DNA of 64,000 nucleotides, taken from assembly GCF_027921745.1 (NCBI RefSeq), contig NC_079238.1, positions 4,278,001-4,342,000 on the forward strand. The letters run 5' to 3'. Below are positions 21,156 through 33,152 of this stretch, piece after piece (position 1 is the stretch's first letter; every line of letters begins with the position of its first letter). The position numbers were made by a program, and so were the translations under genes. This stretch comes from Schizosaccharomyces osmophilus (Eukaryota). The notes under the pieces are model-generated. The model was given only the letters and a program-made list of their open reading frames with translations. It was not told the DNA's origin and made no database searches.

Positions 21156-24100
21156 TTACTCTTCTGCATCATCTATTTCTTCGTCCAAAGGTTCCAAAAC
21201 ATCGCAAGAAAATTCTTTTTCATAATCGACTCCCATGTAGGAATCACAGAAGCAACTGAGCTTAAATGACTTATTACCGGCTTCTGGCGGTACAAATTCC
21301 AGTTTTGTAGTTAAGGATCGACCCAAAGTAACCTTCTTGATTGCTAAAAGGTTTTGGTCATCGGAGACGACTAACCACCAATGCTCTGTCTTTTTCATAG
21401 GGAAATAAGGGGCAAACACGGTGATATCAACTTCCTCTTCTTCTTCAACTTCTCGATTCAACTGCACTAACAGCAATGTAGAAGAGTTTGCATGTACATT
21501 CTCCGAATCGTGAACTTCAAAATTGATGTCAATGTCAGGATAATTATTAATAAAGTCTGCACATTTGGCAAGGTGAGCATTATCCATTTGCAACAATTTC
21601 ATGCGTTCATCGTCATCCATGTCAATTACATCGAATACATCATGTACTCCCTTCTCATTGCAGCGGTTAATTAATGCATCATCAAAGTATGGAATTTGTT
21701 TCAAAGGACTGTCGCGATCCCACATAGCTTGTGTAACCATCTGTGACATTTCCATCGGTCGGATGCAAGCGATGAGATAGCCCTCAGAAGAGAGAGTATC
21801 AACACATGCACTGAGCAAATTCAACACTTTGCCGAGCAAGAATTTTTGGTCTAATGCCAATTCCGCGGGTAGTTCAAAGCGCGAAAAATGGGCAGCTAAC
21901 AGAATAAAAGATTTTGTATGAGGATCCTCATAATCTGGGTTGCTTAAGCGGACAGGTAGCCGTGAATGAATACGAGCCAAAGCAATATCCTCATATTTCC
22001 TTATAGGCAATTGTTCAAATTCCGCGGCAGATGTTACAATTTCCAACAAACCTTTCATCTTGGTACGCTCAGTTAAACTAAGAGCAAAGGTTTGCATAGT
22101 AACATAGGTGATTCCGTAAAACGATGCAATCATTGCCAAATTCAATGGTACACAACTGTCATCTTCTTCATCAACAGTAATCAAACGGGCTTCATTTAAA
22201 TCATTCATCGTGGTTTCAACGACGTCTGACAGGAATTCCGAAACGGATTCATGGGTTATGTCTTGAAGACCATAATATGTAGGGTTCGCAACCAATCTTC
22301 TATACATGTAAGTCCATGTCAACCAATCTACAGCATCCTGTTTGCTTTCAACAGTTTGCGTCGAGATTTCCGAAACAAAAGCATCGTGAAGCCACACTTG
22401 CAAGTGACTTTCCATGGGTAATGGCTCATTTAAGAATCTCTTGTAATAGTCTTTTTTAGTATTCACTGTCAATAGAACGGCCTGGCTAATGACATTGCTT
22501 CTCATATTTGCCGTGAAACCTAACATTTGCAATAAATCACTGATAGGATAATCGATGTATCGATGCTCTTTTCCATCATATTGCTGAGTCCCCATTACGA
22601 CTACAACATTCGATTTGACATTCAAAGAATATATAACATCATGCGTAGCGATCAATACTTTCATGAGTCCATGTTGGAACATTGCCTCAATAATACCTTT
22701 ATCATGTGCAGATGTAATTTCCGAAACGAATGCTATTCCGTGTCTAAGAGACTGACGCAAAGTAACATCCTGGACCGTCTCAATTGCTTCCGTTTCTGCT
22801 ACAGAAAACTGGTATTCATCTTCATCAGCCAAACTAAATGTGACAATATCAAGAGCAAGTTGTCTGGCGACTTTCCGATCAGGTGTAAATACAAGACTGG
22901 ATTTTCTTTGAGATATACTTTGCACAAGAACACGATATACAGGCTTAGACATAGCCAGCATAAGCGACGGAAAGTGGCTAATGCTAAATGATTGCAAATG
23001 AATCGTTAACGGGTTAGGCCTATCCTTTGGACTAAAGTTGAATATATTTTGAGGACTAGCTCCTAACCATTCACCGAGATCTCGAGCGTTCGCTAAAGAA
23101 ACAGAAAGACCAACAATTCTTATATGCTTTTCTAATTGCAAAGACATATAACGAATTCTTGAAAGTACAACTTCGTAAAGAGGGCCATGTGTACCACCCA
23201 GTAATTGAAGATTGTCGCATATGTACATATCAACCTTATGTATGCTGCGCATTGTTCTCCATCTTTTCGATAACGAATCCCATTGATATGGTGTAGCAAA
23301 TATAAGATCAGCAACCTGAATAAGCTTCAAATCTTCAGATCGGTCACCGGTCAACTTAAATAGCACCTTTCCTTCACCAACATTACCAAGTCTTTCTTTC
23401 CATTCTTCAAACTTTTGGTCAACAATTTCTTGCACTGGAGCAAGATAGACAGCACTACCAGCATCAGGATTTTTCCAGTGATTCAATAATGCGAGTTCAG
23501 CACACACCGTTTTTCCACTACCGTTAGGAGCACCAATAAACAAGGTGTCACTAGATTTATATAAAGCATTAAAAACCTGCGTTTGTAATTTGTTAAAAAC
23601 ATTGAATTGGGAACTGTACAAAGAAATATACTCAGGATTTCCCAAGGCACTCACAGGCACGTTTTGCAAATCGAGAAGAGGAGTCGGTGCTGGAAATTTT
23701 TCAGGCATAATCAACCGCTTAAATGATAACGGCACTTTGAAGTTGCAATGTAACCACCGATCGGATACAACACTGATGAAGTAATTAGGAGGCAAAGGAT
23801 CTGTCAAGGTGACAGTAAAATTCAAAATATGTTCATCTTCCTGGTATTTTTTGAGTAAAAAGAACTGTTCATAATGCAAAAGAATTTCACCGTTGACATC
23901 TTCAACCAGTACCCAAAAAGCCTCAGAAGTACCACTCAAGGAATCATCCCAAGTAAACTGCGAGGATATTGATAATTCAACTCTTAATAATGATCGAGTA
24001 ATAGGTTGAATATGAGCTTCAACATTAATCCTGGGAAATGACTGAACCATATTATAAACTCGTCGTCCTTCCTTGGGAACGCCAATTAATTCACCTAATT

Positions 24101-27100
24101 CAGCAGGATCCAAATCAAAATACCGATACCAAGAGAAGTCTTTCTTCTCTACTCGCCGAATTACTTCACTAGGACAGTTTGGAAACTGTCTCAAAGGACT
24201 CATAGTGGGCCAAAGACGTTTTTCAATCATCTTGCAAGTGTCTAATGCCATCTTCGCAACAGACGACCATCCGCGACGAAGGGCAATTTCAAAAATCGCT
24301 CTCATAATTCTTCCTGCAGACTGAGTTACATAAATCATGTCTGCTACTAAGGCAAAACCATCAAGTTGCTGTCTTGATATGTATGATTGCAATAATGCGT
24401 TGACTTTTGCTGAAGAATCATCAAGACCTTCACGTATAGGGATTGGTACACGCTCTAAGAGTCTTGCGAGCTCGACTTTTTCTTCCTCTCGTACAGGTAT
24501 ATATTTAAATTCGTCCGATAAGCTGAAAATTCTGAACAGTTCTATGAAGGAAATAGACTGATTAAATAACCTGTTATACGTAGCCATTGAATTGTGAGAT
24601 ACATAGTAGCTGGCAGCAACCTTACCAAGCTCAGTTGCCGTTAGTGTACCGCTTTCTTTGTTGTAAACAAGAAGTCTACATTTTTCGAGAAGTAAAGCAG
24701 CAGAGTGAACCAAATCGGCTCTTTTTTGTATCAGATACTTGTCATTTTCATATTCTGGACCTACACTGTAAAGTCCGGGAGACCTTAACATTCTTACATA
24801 TAGGTAAGTAAAACCCAACCATTCGACACCATCTTCAATACTTTTAACTGAACCCATAGCAAGTTCTGCGTTCAGACAGTCAGCTAAGCGGGTCATAAGT
24901 TGCGACTCAATTGGCAACTGTTGGTTCATTAAGGATAGATAATACTGTAGTTCAGAGTGTGCAGTAATAATAATACCCTCACCATATGTGTCAAACTGTG
25001 GTCGGCCTGCTCTACCAAGCATTTGAAGAACATCTTGGGGTGAAAGTTCAGTCCAAATACCCTTTTCAGGTGAGTATATCTGAGTACCTTTGATGATTAC
25101 AGTATGAGCTGGTAAATTAACTCCCCAGGCCAAAGTAGCAGTACTTACTAAAACTTGAATTGTACCTTCCGCAAATAAATCCTCTGCCGTTCGGCGATCC
25201 TCACGTCGCATTCCTGCATGATGTATAGCAAACCCGTAAGGAAGAAGATCTTTCATATGCTCATTTTTGGTGGTATCAGCTTCGGTTTGCAAAATTTCAC
25301 GAGAAGCAGCATCCGAACGTAAAATATGGCCAATCGTTTCTTCTTCTAAAGCCTTGTCTCGTATAAAGCGAGCAGTTTTATAAGTTTCTTTCCTAGAATG
25401 CACAAATATAAGAACTTGATTTTTGCCAGCGTGCTGCATTGTCTTTTCATAACAAGCTTCGTTAGTAACTTGCAACCGCTTAATTGGTTTCTTTTCCGTT
25501 ACTCCAATAAACTCTTGTTTTAATGGACAAGGGCGATATGTTGAATCAAAATAGAACAAACCTTTGTTGGGATTTACTCGCAAAAAGTTCGAAACATCTG
25601 TATAATTAGGTAGCGTAGCTGAAAGGCCTACTAAACGAATTCTCTCCAAGGACTCTTCTTGATGACGGAGAGTACGTGCAACAATAGATTCCAAAACTGG
25701 TCCTCTTTCATCATGCAACAAATGAACTTCATCTATAATGATTAACCGAACCAAATTGACATAAGATAAATCGTTTGATTTTCTGGTGATAATGTCCCAT
25801 TTCTCAGGTGTCGTAACAATAATTTGTGTATTGGTAATCTGTTGCTTAGTTAACTGGCTATCACCGGTTAACTCTGAAACTTGAATCCCATATGGGTTTA
25901 ATCGCTTTGAGAAATTATTGACCATTTCCTGGACCAAGGCTTTCAATGGCGCAATATAAACAATCTTGAAATCATCTTTTCGAAATGACAAATCAGAATT
26001 GAGATGTTTCTGTAATTCGTTCAAAATACATAACATTGCAACATTAGTTTTACCAGCGCCAGTAGGAGCACAAAGTAAGATATTTTCATCTGTCCCATAA
26101 GCAATTGGGAATAAGTGACTTTGAATTCGGTTTAATGAAGGTGTATTGGGAAATGCTCCGTGTGCCCATTCAGGAAGCTCATTCACAGATACTAATCGTT
26201 CATCTGGTTTCATTGTAGCCTTGGCGGGAGCAGGAACATGGATTTCTTCAAATCCTTTACCAGTGCGTCGGAATGAGCCCTCAGGAAGCTTAACGGCCTT
26301 ATTCGACATGAGATGAGCACCTTCTGAAAAAACATAGTTTTCCAAGTTCACTTGTTGCTTGGGAATCACTTTGTTGGCTACCTCTTGACCAGGTTTAGGT
26401 GTCATATCCTCATCAGGAGCAAGCCTTTGACCATCTACGGAAGGTTTTTCTTCCTGCTGTGCGACCTCGGATGGAATGGGTGCGTTATACTCCAAAGATT
26501 GTAAAATCCAGGACTGACCAGCTTCTCGAATACTTTCCTCTATAGTAGAGTGTTCCTTCTCATCGGCAGCTCGCGTAAGTAGAGTACAGAAAACTATCAT
26601 CCATCGGTTTTTCGTTAAAAGTTGTACCAAAGAAAAATGCTCATAATCAAAGATATTCATTAAGTCGTTTTCAAGTTCACCGAGATCTACATTGGATGAA
26701 AGAGAATCAAATGCAATATTTGTTTTTTCTTGGCAAATATGAGCGTCTTGGTAATATTTTGCAATTTCTCTTTGAAGCCAAAATGCATCTATGTCTCTTG
26801 GATGAAGTTTTGAATCTTCAGACACCTTTCTAGCATCGCCCGAAATAACTGCTACCTCCGCGTCTTGGTCTTCTATAGGGATTCCTTCGTTCTTTACATC
26901 CTCGTATTCGGTAGCGGCGGGTTCTACTTCCTCTTCTTCCATTGCTTCGACCGCTTCTTCTTCCTCATCTGCTTCATTGAACAATACTGGTACACCTGAA
27001 TCATACAAGTCTCTTTCGTCCATGGCAGTTTCTTCCTCTCTGGTATAATCGGTTAAACGATTGCCAAGATTTATTAATTGTGAGAATCGATCATTAGGAA

Positions 27101-27683
27101 CCTTGACACCTAAAATCTCGTTCACTTGTTGATTTTTACTTGATTCTGCTAAAGTTTCATCTTTTATGATTTCAATCACCAAGTCAGATGCAGACCGTAA
27201 AACCTCAGGTGCCTGATCACCTAAATATTGTTGTACAAAGGATAAAATGTAGTCATATACTTCACGCGTCTCGTCCGTCAAGGGTTGGTATCTTAAAGAT
27301 TCTAAGGTATCAGAAGTACCTAGCAAAGTTGAGCCAGTGGTGCCTTTACGTCTAAGCAATTTATTTTCAGCCCCCGCAGGATATCCTTCAGCAGAAGGAA
27401 CACGGGCTTCCTGTACTTCTTGAGTAAACCCTTGAGGAAGAGTCTCTGCTTTACTCGTTTGTGCCCGAGTACCCATTTCAGACACATTTACACGGTTGGC
27501 AAGTGACTCTGGCTCTCCTGTAGGCTCCGTGTCGCGTCTAGACACAAATCTTCGATCAGGCTGCGTAACCAAATTTGACATGGCATTGTAACTATACTGC
27601 GACGTGTCAATTCTAGGTTTATCCTTGTCGCTTCCATGTTTGGAGGGATCTTTCGACCCCCCTTTGGAATTTGCACTCGACAT
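21156..27683 (-). CDS. brr2: U5 snRNP DExH helicase Brr2
   Basis: 2175-aa ORF with two helicase cassettes (APTGAGKT/DEVH, then degenerate APNGSGKT/DNLQ) and Sec63 domains. Confidence 0.98.
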   Translation of the reverse strand: MSSANSKGGSKDPSKHGSDKDKPRIDTSQYSYNAMSNLVTQPDRRFVSRRDTEPTGEPESLANRVNVSEMGTRAQTSKAETLPQGFTQEVQEARVPSAEGYPAGAENKLLRRKGTTGSTLLGTSDTLESLRYQPLTDETREVYDYILSFVQQYLGDQAPEVLRSASDLVIEIIKDETLAESSKNQQVNEILGVKVPNDRFSQLINLGNRLTDYTREEETAMDERDLYDSGVPVLFNEADEEEEAVEAMEEEEVEPAATEYEDVKNEGIPIEDQDAEVAVISGDARKVSEDSKLHPRDIDAFWLQREIAKYYQDAHICQEKTNIAFDSLSSNVDLGELENDLMNIFDYEHFSLVQLLTKNRWMIVFCTLLTRAADEKEHSTIEESIREAGQSWILQSLEYNAPIPSEVAQQEEKPSVDGQRLAPDEDMTPKPGQEVANKVIPKQQVNLENYVFSEGAHLMSNKAVKLPEGSFRRTGKGFEEIHVPAPAKATMKPDERLVSVNELPEWAHGAFPNTPSLNRIQSHLFPIAYGTDENILLCAPTGAGKTNVAMLCILNELQKHLNSDLSFRKDDFKIVYIAPLKALVQEMVNNFSKRLNPYGIQVSELTGDSQLTKQQITNTQIIVTTPEKWDIITRKSNDLSYVNLVRLIIIDEVHLLHDERGPVLESIVARTLRHQEESLERIRLVGLSATLPNYTDVSNFLRVNPNKGLFYFDSTYRPCPLKQEFIGVTEKKPIKRLQVTNEACYEKTMQHAGKNQVLIFVHSRKETYKTARFIRDKALEEETIGHILRSDAASREILQTEADTTKNEHMKDLLPYGFAIHHAGMRREDRRTAEDLFAEGTIQVLVSTATLAWGVNLPAHTVIIKGTQIYSPEKGIWTELSPQDVLQMLGRAGRPQFDTYGEGIIITAHSELQYYLSLMNQQLPIESQLMTRLADCLNAELAMGSVKSIEDGVEWLGFTYLYVRMLRSPGLYSVGPEYENDKYLIQKRADLVHSAALLLEKCRLLVYNKESGTLTATELGKVAASYYVSHNSMATYNRLFNQSISFIELFRIFSLSDEFKYIPVREEEKVELARLLERVPIPIREGLDDSSAKVNALLQSYISRQQLDGFALVADMIYVTQSAGRIMRAIFEIALRRGWSSVAKMALDTCKMIEKRLWPTMSPLRQFPNCPSEVIRRVEKKDFSWYRYFDLDPAELGELIGVPKEGRRVYNMVQSFPRINVEAHIQPITRSLLRVELSISSQFTWDDSLSGTSEAFWVLVEDVNGEILLHYEQFFLLKKYQEDEHILNFTVTLTDPLPPNYFISVVSDRWLHCNFKVPLSFKRLIMPEKFPAPTPLLDLQNVPVSALGNPEYISLYSSQFNVFNKLQTQVFNALYKSSDTLFIGAPNGSGKTVCAELALLNHWKNPDAGSAVYLAPVQEIVDQKFEEWKERLGNVGEGKVLFKLTGDRSEDLKLIQVADLIFATPYQWDSLSKRWRTMRSIHKVDMYICDNLQLLGGTHGPLYEVVLSRIRYMSLQLEKHIRIVGLSVSLANARDLGEWLGASPQNIFNFSPKDRPNPLTIHLQSFSISHFPSLMLAMSKPVYRVLVQSISQRKSSLVFTPDRKVARQLALDIVTFSLADEDEYQFSVAETEAIETVQDVTLRQSLRHGIAFVSEITSAHDKGIIEAMFQHGLMKVLIATHDVIYSLNVKSNVVVVMGTQQYDGKEHRYIDYPISDLLQMLGFTANMRSNVISQAVLLTVNTKKDYYKRFLNEPLPMESHLQVWLHDAFVSEISTQTVESKQDAVDWLTWTYMYRRLVANPTYYGLQDITHESVSEFLSDVVETTMNDLNEARLITVDEEDDSCVPLNLAMIASFYGITYVTMQTFALSLTERTKMKGLLEIVTSAAEFEQLPIRKYEDIALARIHSRLPVRLSNPDYEDPHTKSFILLAAHFSRFELPAELALDQKFLLGKVLNLLSACVDTLSSEGYLIACIRPMEMSQMVTQAMWDRDSPLKQIPYFDDALINRCNEKGVHDVFDVIDMDDDERMKLLQMDNAHLAKCADFINNYPDIDINFEVHDSENVHANSSTLLLVQLNREVEEEEEVDITVFAPYFPMKKTEHWWLVVSDDQNLLAIKKVTLGRSLTTKLEFVPPEAGNKSFKLSCFCDSYMGVDYEKEFSCDVLEPLDEEIDDAEE

Positions 27684-28115
27684 GATTGTGAGTGGCGGAC
27701 GGTAAGTTCCCTATGCTATTGTATACAATATAGCTTCTAGTTAGAAAAAGCAAGTGGTATATGTAGATGGGTTTCTCGGGAATAGAGAACTACAGTGCAC
27801 GCCAGCGTACACTTCATGGAACTGATATGTTTCGTTATATGATTTTTGTAACGTACTGTCTTTCGTTATTTGGATTTTTGGTTTCCTATGCACATTAAAC
27901 AACACTTGTCAATAAACAATATTTATCAACTATATTTGGGTTTCGACCATTTGTCATTTCGTTAAAAGCCTATATGGATGTTAGGTGTATAAGTTTTACG
28001 TAGGAATAAAATTGTACCCTACCAGTAGCACTGGATGTGATTCAAGAATCGTTTGGATGCTATTGAAAAGACGTTGTATTTTTCAACAGAACTAGAAGCA
28101 AACATCCTTGAGAGA

Positions 28116-30678
28116 ATGACCGATGACGAGTCTTTTGAAGGAGACGATTGGGATAGCTTGGATGTGCAAGCAGTAGATAAAATTGAGCACGAATTACAAA
28201 ACAACAATGTTGGATTGCAAGGGTATTCAGTTGATGAATATATAGAAGCGCATAATCAGGAGCCACTTCGATTACAGCACGAACTAGATCGAGATGCTGC
28301 TCAACAATGGGTCTATCCAATCAATGTGTCATTTCGAGATTACCAATTCAACATTGTTAAAAAAGCACTCTTTCAAAACGTCCTAGTTGCTTTGCCAACA
28401 GGTCTTGGTAAAACCTTTATAGCTGCGGCGGTGATGATGAATTACTTGCGATGGTTTCCCAAAAGTTATGTTATTTTCATGGCTCCTACGAAACCCCTAG
28501 TGACCCAGCAAATGGAAGCTTGTTACAAAATAACAGGAATACCACGAAAGAAAACGGCCGAATTAAGTGGCCAAGTACAGGCTGGCATCCGAAATCAGTA
28601 CTATCAAGAAAGGAATGTATTCTTCGTCACTCCTCAAACACTTTTAAACGATTTAAAACATGGAATTTGTGATCGCACAAATATATCGTGTTTGGTCATT
28701 GACGAGGCACATCGCAGTACCGGAAACTATGCTTATGTAGAGGTTGTTCGTCTGTTGTACTTTGGGAATAAAAACTTTCGAATCCTGGCATTGAGTGCAA
28801 CTCCTGGAAGTAAGATTGATACTATTCAGAGCGTTATAGATTCACTGCATATTTCTTGTATAGAAGTTCGTAACGAGAACAGCATTGATATCGCACAATA
28901 CGTACATAAAAAGGAAGTAGATCGAATTCTAGTGGATTTGTCCCCTGACATAATAGACTTGAGGGATCGGTTTGCTTCTCTTTTAGAGCCAATGCTATTA
29001 AAACTGAATCAAGGAAACCTTTACCGAGTACAAAACGCTAGAGAAATCAATTCGTTTACTTTGGTACAAGCAAAACAAGCTTTTTTGGCGACTTCCGGAC
29101 AAAACTTTGCAAATAACCAACGTTGGGATATTTTGAATACATTCGATGCGCTTGCTACGTTTGCATATCCTCTCAATCTTTTATTAAATCATGGCGTTCG
29201 TCCCTTTTGCGAAAAGCTTCACGAAATTGAAGAAGAATGCTCAACCGGGCGAGCAGGTTATAAGAGAAGGGTTTTGTCAAATCCTGAATTTAAGTCGTTG
29301 CTAGACGATACTAAAAGTTTGCTTCAAAATAACGATTATTATGGGCACCCAAAGCTTGAACATTTGCAAGAAATTGTAGCTAATCATTTTGGTACGGAAA
29401 ATAAAGACAATGAAGATACAAGAATCATGATTTTCGTCGAGATTCGATCTAGTGCTGAGGAAATATTTCGCATACTAAGTCGCAGCTATCCTACAGTGAG
29501 GCCTGCAATTTTTATCGGTCAATCTTCAGTTAAAAAAACTACAGGAATGTCGCAGAAATCGCAAAATGAAACAGTGAGACAGTTCCACAAAGGTGATGTT
29601 AACACATTGATAGCTACTTCAATAGGTGAAGAAGGTTTGGATATTGGAGAGGTCGACATGATTATCTGCTACGACGCCTCGGCTTCTCCGATTCGAATGC
29701 TACAGCGAATGGGTAGAACTGGAAGAAAACGTAAAGGTTATATATACATGCTGTTGACGCGTGGAAAAGAAGAAGCTAAATGGGAGCGCGCCAAAGACGC
29801 TCATAGAACAATTCAAGATAATATCATCCATGGGAGAGGACTCGTTTTATCTGACAAATCTCATAGAATTCTTCCTAAAGAAATTCAGCCTTTGTGTGAA
29901 AAAAAGGTTGTGGAGATTCCAGAAGAAAATGCTGCTCCTCTTGTGGGTTCAAAAGATAAGGAAAAGCAAAAACAAAAAACAAAAAAGAAATTTTTTATGC
30001 CAGAGAATGCCTTACATGGTTTTATACAAGTATCAAGTCTTACAAAACCTAAACGGTCGTCTAAAGTTGAAGATACCTTTGAAATTACTGAAGACGAACC
30101 TACTGCTGAACATAACGAAAAACTAATTTATTATAGACAAGTACCAAAGAGGACGATAGATATACATAAAGGACGAGATTTCAAAAACATGAATACGACA
30201 AGCAGAGTCCCCCACTCCTTGGCTTTCAAATGCATACAATCTTTTTTAAATAATATGAATCGATATAAAGATTCCTCAATCTCTTACAAATGGAAAGAGA
30301 TATTTCAAAAGAGTTTAGAAGAAGAAAGCACGAATGACTTTTCTCACAAGAAACCAAAGATTTCTAATCTAAATCTGAAAAAACACTTTGATGCTACCTT
30401 GTAAGTTTTATCTTCTTGATTTTTTTTTAACATATAGAGCAAGAGATTCTAGAATTTTATCGAAAGGGAGATTAGAGCACCGAAAATTATACCACTCGAA
30501 AAACGGTGTTGATGCATCAAATCTAGAAGAAAATATAGAGAAAGATCTTCCGAGTTTGAACCTCACGTCTTCTCAAAACCACACAAACACTGATACCAAC
30601 TCCTCTTACGCAGATAGACAACGTCGACTACAGCAACTAGTAGAAAGGCGTAAACGATCGAAAGGAATGTGGGTATAG
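28116..30678 (+). CDS. fml1: FANCM/Mph1-family DNA helicase Fml1; exons 28116-30400, 30438-30678
   Basis: RDYQFNIV, LPTGLGKT, DEAH, GEEGLDIG and QRMGRTGR motifs. First ATG is at 28116, and intron GTAAGT 30401..TAG 30437 joins the 3' ORF in frame. Confidence 0.94.
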
Positions 30679-30721
30679 AAGGGAATAGATTCCTTTATTT
30701 AAATTATTTATTGTACTTTAA

Positions 30722-31581
30722 TTATAAATTTTTCATTTTATAGTCTAATTCGAACAGATAATCGTAGCATTCCATTTGTGTCTTTGACTTTTCCCAAGTG
30801 GATCCCCAGCCTATCGCTCCGTAGCCACGAATAAGGATTGCATTTGTTTCTGGATACTCTTCAAGGGTTTGTTTTATACTTTTAAAAACGCATTCAGCTG
30901 TATCGTTCTGTATTACTATATTAACCAGTCGTTAGTATAAATACACGAGCGGTAGAATTAAGCTTACTAGGTACTTTTAGAGAATCAAAACAGCAGAGGT
31001 AGCCATTGCTAGGATGGCCCTTGGGGATCCCTTTGATCATCTCTTTCGCTCGAGTATGAAATTCCTTTTCATTGTAAAGTGAAGCACCAAGGGCAGCAAG
31101 TGAAGTAGACAAAATACAAGCCACGGCGTCTCTTTTCCTATAATTACGTTTTAGACTTTTATCCATGACCATACACTTACTCTAAAACATAGGCAAAAAT
31201 CTTAGACCACTCAACATCATTAGGTTTGGAAGAATCGCTAAGCGGTTGTTAGTGAACTTGAAAACTAGACAAATATAATACTCCCTCAATGGCTGTTCAA
31301 ACTTACCTTAAAGAGAATTGAACAAGGTCTCCTTCCTGTAACATATCTCTTTGAACACGGTCTTTTGCACAAAGTATTTGATCGCTGAAAATGAGTCAGC
31401 ATGCAAAAAGTTACTAACTTTTTATTATTACCCGTTTCTTAAACAAAAATTCCCACTGTGTACAGTTAGCTACGAGCAAAGTAGTCAAGCCAAGGCGCTA
31501 CCTTCCAAACTTCATCCATCCTTGTTTATAAAAATGAGGAATCATTTCCAAAACCAACTGTTTTTCTTTTCCTAGACTCAT
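30722..31581 (-). CDS. Class II aldolase/adducin-fold, methylthioribulose-1-phosphate dehydratase (MtnB/Mde1)-like protein, 6 exons: 31581-31502, 31455-31432, 31384-31307, 31237-31181, 31137-30968, 30915-30722 (200 aa)
   Basis: Five introns with GT..branch..AG give a 603-nt frame: MSLGKEKQLVLEMIPHFYKQGWMKFGSGNF..RVQRDML..EMIKGIPKG..LKVPIIQN..YPETNAILIRGYGAIGWGSTWEKSKTQMECYDYLFE. These motifs match Mde1/APIP. Confidence 0.85.
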
Positions 31582-31986
31582 TGCTATCGTACTTCAATTG
31601 TTTACTTTTGAACTATAATGCACTCCCTTTTTTATAGGTGAAAAGAGGTGGTTACTACCTTGGAAGAAATTACTATATTTGGGACCTAAATTGTTCAAGC
31701 AAACTCTTCTTACGTATGAGTGAAGAACGAGTTGAATCTATTGCCTAAAAACATTTACACATATATATTCATTGAGGATAGATGAAAGAAGTTTCAATAC
31801 ATTAAACCCTATATAAAACACCACCGATTGGAAAATAATAACACGTTCAAAAGATTTTTTTGTAACAAAAAAAGTTTTTCTTTTTTGCTTTAATATACGA
31901 CTCAAGAAAAGATAAAGGGGAGAACAGGAAAAGGTAAACTGAAAAAGACTGAGGAAGAAGCCGAAAAATTGAAAGATAGTAAGGTT

Positions 31987-33152
31987 TTACTTTTTGACAA
32001 TTGTAACAACATCTTCGTCCAACAAAACATGGGCAAGACCAACACGCATACCGGGATAAGGAACGCTCTTACCCCAGACGTAGGCATGCTTGAATTGACT
32101 TTTGATACTGGAGTGAATGTTATTACAGAAATCTTCGACACTAGAGTGACCGGAGCGAAGAATGACAGGCTCAGAGTAGTCAGGATTAAGACCCCTTGGA
32201 CGGGTGTAAATACGAACCAAGCTTAAGTAATCCCACATTGTAGTCTTAAGTTCGTTAATGTTCCAACCCTTATGACCGCAAATAGGAACAGCATTGGGGA
32301 TACGATCAATCAAGTCTAATTCTTCCAAAGAGATTTCATCGATCTTGTTAAGGATGTAAAGAGCTGGAATATAAACACGATTTCCTTCTAAAACGTCAAT
32401 CAAGTCATCAATTGTAGCATCGCAGCGGAAGGCAATGTCAGCAGAGTTGACACGATATTCACTGCACACAGCACGGATTTCGTCCAAGTCAATGTGGTTA
32501 AGAGGTACGGTGTTGGTAATGTTGACACCACCACGTTCCTTCTTTTTAAAGACAATGTTCGGGGGATCCTTGTTTAAGCGAATGCCAAACCCTTCTAATT
32601 CTTCCTCAATAACACGTTTATGAGACATAGGCTTCAAAACATCCAAAACGATAAAGATAAGGTTGCATGTACGAGCAACTGTAATAACTTGCTTACCACG
32701 ACCACGGCCATCCTTGGCACCCTCAATAATACCAGGCAAGTCAAGAATTTGAATTTTAGCACCGTTGTATTGCATAACACCAGGGACGGTTGTCAGCGTA
32801 GTAAACTCATATTCTGCAGCCTCACTACGAGTACCAGTCAACTGGTTCATCAAAGTACTTTTACCAACGGAGGGAAATCCAATGAAACCGACGGTACCAA
32901 TACCAGTACGAGAGACATCGAAACCGACTACAACAGTTAGTTTCATGAAAAAGAAAGTAAAATTAAACAGTATAAGCTAAAATACATACCACCACCGCCA
33001 CCACCGCCGCTACCGGACGGTGTGATAAGTTCGCGCTTTAGTTTTGCAAGTTTGGCTTTGAGGCCACCCAAATGCTTAGACGTAGCTTTGTTTTTTTGGG
33101 TCTTGCTCATCTCATCTTCGATGTCCTTGATCCTTTGAGCTGTGGTCGACAT
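31987..33152 (-). CDS. rbg1: DRG-family GTPase Rbg1/Drg1; exons 33152-32990, 32927-31987
   Basis: [37 protein letters not shown]-terminal TGS domain; intron 32989-32928. Confidence 0.95.

Noticed and set aside
28053..28115. N-terminal extension of the fml1 ORF from a TTG start
   Set aside because: Eukaryotic gene; the first ATG at 28116 gives an acidic N-terminus like the orthologue. The same applies to the GTG/TTG starts listed for thi9, mtf2, mes1, cam1 and hcr1.
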